Positions 60,088 to 64,000 of a DNA stretch of 64,000 nt are shown piece by piece; position 1 is the stretch's first letter; each line of letters starts with the position of its first letter. The position numbers and the translations under genes were made by a program. The notes beneath the pieces are model-generated. The model had not been told where the DNA came from and searched no databases. It saw only the letters and a list, made by a program, of their open reading frames with translations. The stretch covers positions 352,001 through 416,000 of the forward strand of contig CBDBCZ010000010.1 in NCBI GenBank assembly GCA_965203295.1, written 5' to 3'. Origin of the DNA: Nitrospirales bacterium (lineage in GTDB: Bacteria > Nitrospirota > Nitrospiria > Nitrospirales > UBA8639).

Positions 60088-63000
60088 ATGGCAGCAAAGC
60101 GGCAGGAGGAGCGAGCAAGAAATCGACTCATTAAAGGTTCGCCAAATAATTGGAATATTAAATTTCTAAGCAGTTTATTAATGAATCATAGCGTAAGACT
60201 AGCCTCGTTCATAGGATGTACTCCGCACCTTTTGCGAGCGGTAAAAGCTGGGGTGTAGGCTTGGCCCGGGATTACGGTTGTAGATGCTGGGAGGGACAGT
60301 GTAAAAGTTGTCACGGAGTTGTGACACACTTTAGAAATCTGTTCATACATGGTACAGATTTATACTTTCTCGTTCACTGGCTGGACGAAGAGGATTCAGA
60401 CTCCGAGAAGCTATTTGACACTCTACCATCTTCAAAGATAATTAGTGATTTGGATGTGGATGTGCTGAATCTGGACACTGGTACTCAGTGTAAAGCCCTG
60501 TTTGATGGAACATATTATGATGTTGAGATTGTTGCTAAAGGTGAGTCAGTGTGTGCAAGTTCTAGCATGCCTGTTGTGTCAGCCACTTATGGGTGTTCAG
60601 TTTACATAATTGTTACATAATCAGCTTTGATGTTGCTCTTTGAAAGGCAGCAGTGCACAATATGCCACATACTAAGCCAGTAAAAAATATGCACCTAATT
60701 TATGTTGACTGTAAACCTGCAGGGAGGTATGCAGACATGATGCAGAAATTACAGACTCTCTCCCAGCCGAGCAGTAGCACTCTCCCACATGCAACACATT
60801 GCACCACTAACACACTTTCCCAACTGCTTGTCAGCACTACCCCCGTTCCCAGAACAGAGCCCAATGCTTGCACTCTCCTTGAGACACAGCAGCAGCCCAC
60901 CACTAAGTCTGTTCCTCAGCTGCTTGCCAACACGAACCCTCTCCGCCAGACAGAGCCCAACACTAGTGCTCTTCTTCAGTCACAGCCCAGCACTAGTGCT
61001 ATTCCGCAGATGCTGCCTAGTAATCCCCTCCCTCAGACACAGTCTGGGAATCCCCAAAAGAATCTGAAAGCAACCTCAGGTGGTGAGTGCAGTGCAGTGC
61101 AGTGATATTTGTAACATAGAATTTTTTCTGAATGAGGTAGCGATTGTATCAGAGTATCTAAAGCATAAGGTGTACGTTTCAGTAATGCATTGGATTTGTA
61201 ATTCATAACTAGCATTATTGTTACAGCAGGTACTAGGTGAATGCAGAGCATTGTGGGGCGAGCGTGAGCGAGTACATGCCTGAAGATGCTATAGCGCGTG
61301 ATAATTTTGAAACGTGTGACAACAATCGGTGAAATAGGCATGCCAACAATTTCACGAAAGACCATGCACGGACGCACAGGTGTACACTAAGGGGGGGGGC
61401 TCGCTCACGCTCGCCCCAATTATTGCTGTGCACATAAGAATGTGACAATTGTTACAAGATCTTAACTTTGCAGGTAAGAAGAGAGCAGCAGGCTCAAAGA
61501 AAGGTTTGCCATAACATTCTTTGTAAATTCATATTATGCTACCTCATAAACACTTGTGTTGCCTGAAATTGATCACCCCATACTTAATGTACATTACCAT
61601 GGAGACCACTTTTTCCCACACTTATAGCACTCAAAGGAGGCCACATACAGGGATCATTGCTATACCAATGCATATTAAATCAATTAAAAGTCAGTTTGAG
61701 TGAAGGGTTAAAATCCTCAGCTTCCCCTCAGACTTTAAATTCCCCTCACCCAAACTGACCTTTTAACTATTACTTATTCTGTCCAGACAGCAAGCCTAAT
61801 TATAGTTGCTTGTACTAGTACTGTACATGTAGTTGTATGGGTACTTGAAAGGCATGGTGGCTTCTTCTCACAACTGTGAAACAGTTAGTGGGTCTGATAA
61901 GTATTACTTAAAGGTCAGTTGGTGGTGAAGCTGATGATTTTAACCCCTCACCCAAACTGGCCTTTAGCTGATTTAATGTACTTCGGTATAGCAATGATCC
62001 CTGTACGTGACTTTCTTTGAGTGCTATATATGCGTGGGAAAAAGTGGTCTCCATGGTAATGTACATTAAAAGCTGTAGTCAAGAAAAGTTACTCCTTTGG
62101 GAATACATACAACTGCCCTACAATACAAATTCTATTCACATTGACCTTTACTAATATCAATGTATTAGCCATTGCTGTATAAAATTCAATGCTAGTTTGT
62201 TTATATAGTTTTGTTACTTCTGCACAGCGACTTATTTGTTTCGAAGTGTTTGTATATCATGTGACCCTATATGAACTGCAGTTGTAGATAGTTGTTGTTC
62301 CTGTAATAATCGGGTATTTAAGAAAGGAATGCCTGAGGAGCATAAATTCTTTGAACATGCTATGCTATCATTAATTTTACTTTTAATTTGTACTCACCTA
62401 ATTTTCATTTACAGCTGTAGGCTCTCCAGCAAAGCGCCAGAAAAAGTCTGCTTCTACATTGGAATCAGTGGTATGGTTTAAGTAGACTACAAATGATACA
62501 ATTTACATATTGAAACCTCTTGTTCAATTTCATGTTAGGAAGCAAGAAAGGAAGCATTGGCTAGTAAAAAAAGAAAAGAGAAGGCCAAGGCTGCTGCTTG
62601 CAGTGAGACGACAGCAGAAATTTGCTTTGTCTGAGTCGCTAGATAAAGATACCAGCTCGTTGACAGGTCCACTACATGAACCTATCACAACCACTCTCTC
62701 TTCAATTCCCGTTACCTCTTCCGAAGTGATTGTGAGATCTCCAAATCCGACGCTGACATTTTCAAACCATACCTTATGCACTGACCAAATGCAAGATCAG
62801 CCATGTCCACTAGGCCCTGGACTTGCATCCTCCAATCGTGACTTTCCAGGGTGGTACCAGCAAGGAAGTCCAGATTTCAGCTGCAGTTCAGCCCAGGATT
62901 TTGTCACCCCTTCTCCTGGGCATCGACCGAACATGTTTACTTCCTCCCACCCAGAGTTTCCCAAAAGCAAATTTTGCCTGCCAATACAGGGTTTCCATTT

Positions 63001-63354
63001 TCCCAAGACGTCTGTCCTTCTCCACGATATTCTGACACATCGAGCCGTACATGTAACTATTACAGTGAGTCCCCATCATCTCCTGCCTTATTCGGACTTT
63101 TTTCCCCACGATCTTCAGTGGAGCGTGACATGGTAAGTATTAATAGACTACAAGTTTTTGGATATATGAACTGACTACTTATTAAATCTTTCTCCTTTTC
63201 TAGGATACCACCAGCCTAATCCTGAATTTGCATCGCTGCTTGAAGACTGGCTTATCAGCCTTACAGGCAGACTTTAAGGCTGAGATAGCCACTCTCACTG
63301 CTGCCGTTTCCAGTCTTAGGGCCGAATCACTGATGCGTAGGCATCATCGCAAGG
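60088..63354 (+). pseudogene. Multi-exon uncharacterised gene, possibly CACTA accessory protein; frameshifted
   Basis: GT-AG exons near 60088-60136, 60358-60540, 60723-61083, 61474-61503, 62414-62470, 62539-63132, 63204-63354; LYFLVHWLDE..CKALFDGTYYDVEIVAKG (Tudor-like) then low-complexity sequence. Confidence 0.5.
61584..62069. repeat. Two inverted copies of the ~170-bp hairpin repeat within one intron
   Basis: ttaatgtacattaccatggagaccactttttccca ... tgggaaaaagtggtctccatggtaatgtacattaa. Confidence 0.85.
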
Positions 63355-64000
63355 TGTGACATTTAATTAGTACTTATACCATACTTAAGTCATTCTGTCC
63401 AATCAGCTTACAGTATTCGAGGGCTATAACGGTTCATATATCCCGTGCGCATACGTGATGTAGGTACCCGGTTCCGTTTCATTCGTTCAAACGTCGAGAA
63501 GCTACGGTAGGTTAGTAGTTGGGGAGTCTAGGCGGGTTTTTTTTTACGCAGGCTATTCGAAAATCGATGCAGGAAAGCATGGTAAGCTACTGCTCTTTGT
63601 TTGTGGGTAGTTTTGTTGGATTTCCGTGTACCTGTGCATGTGGCCACACGGACAGCCTACTAAAATGGCGCTAGGCGCTGGCTAGACAGCTAGCTGCCGT
63701 AGCTACTAGCAATCCATTGTGCTTGCTACGTCTAGTTAGAATGTTTTGCTACGTGTGGGTAGTATTTTGCATTTTGAAAGCCTGCTGGCTTGCTGGTTTA
63801 CCGTAATTTGTGCCAAACGGCACCTTTTGCAAGCTTTTGCCAAGCTGTAGTTCGTCCCACAGTTCTTATGCTTCACACAAATCTTGCAACTCTTGTCAGA
63901 ATGACTTATGCATGGTATAAATTAGTTGTATCCCTGCCCAGCGGGATATAACCTATACTTATATAATATACGAAGTTATTGTAAGATATTTGTCGCAGAT

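Overview
Eukaryotic (animal; a sponge is a plausible but unverified guess) window made almost entirely of nested DNA transposons and their remnants; no ordinary housekeeping gene, rRNA, tRNA or CRISPR array is supported. Resolvable elements: (1) a complete 6.3-kb Mutator-like element (9389-15656, 9-bp TSD) whose transposase is joined N-terminally to an intron-rich Ulp1/SENP-type protease; (2) an IS3EU-like integrase-fold transposase convergent with a HECT E3-ligase-like gene; (3) two full-length intron-containing piggyBac elements and many TTAA-flanked MITEs, most with a family-specific subterminal palindrome (usually duplicated); (4) two ~2.4-2.5-kb GGG..CCC foldback elements with 4-bp TSDs (Sola2-like); (5) hAT, Tigger/pogo, IS630-Tc1, CACTA-like, P-like and LINE remnants. 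The most unusual signals are a probable -1 programmed ribosomal frameshift cassette (U-rich site + TAA + 13-bp hairpin) conserved with compensatory changes between two paralogous two-ORF genes (16886-16930 and 29449-29490), the Ulp1-MULE fusion with its tiny TAG..CTA MITE family, and transposon-linked accessory genes (HECT; PB1/SHOCT-like). All family names come from motif recognition by eye, not database searches.
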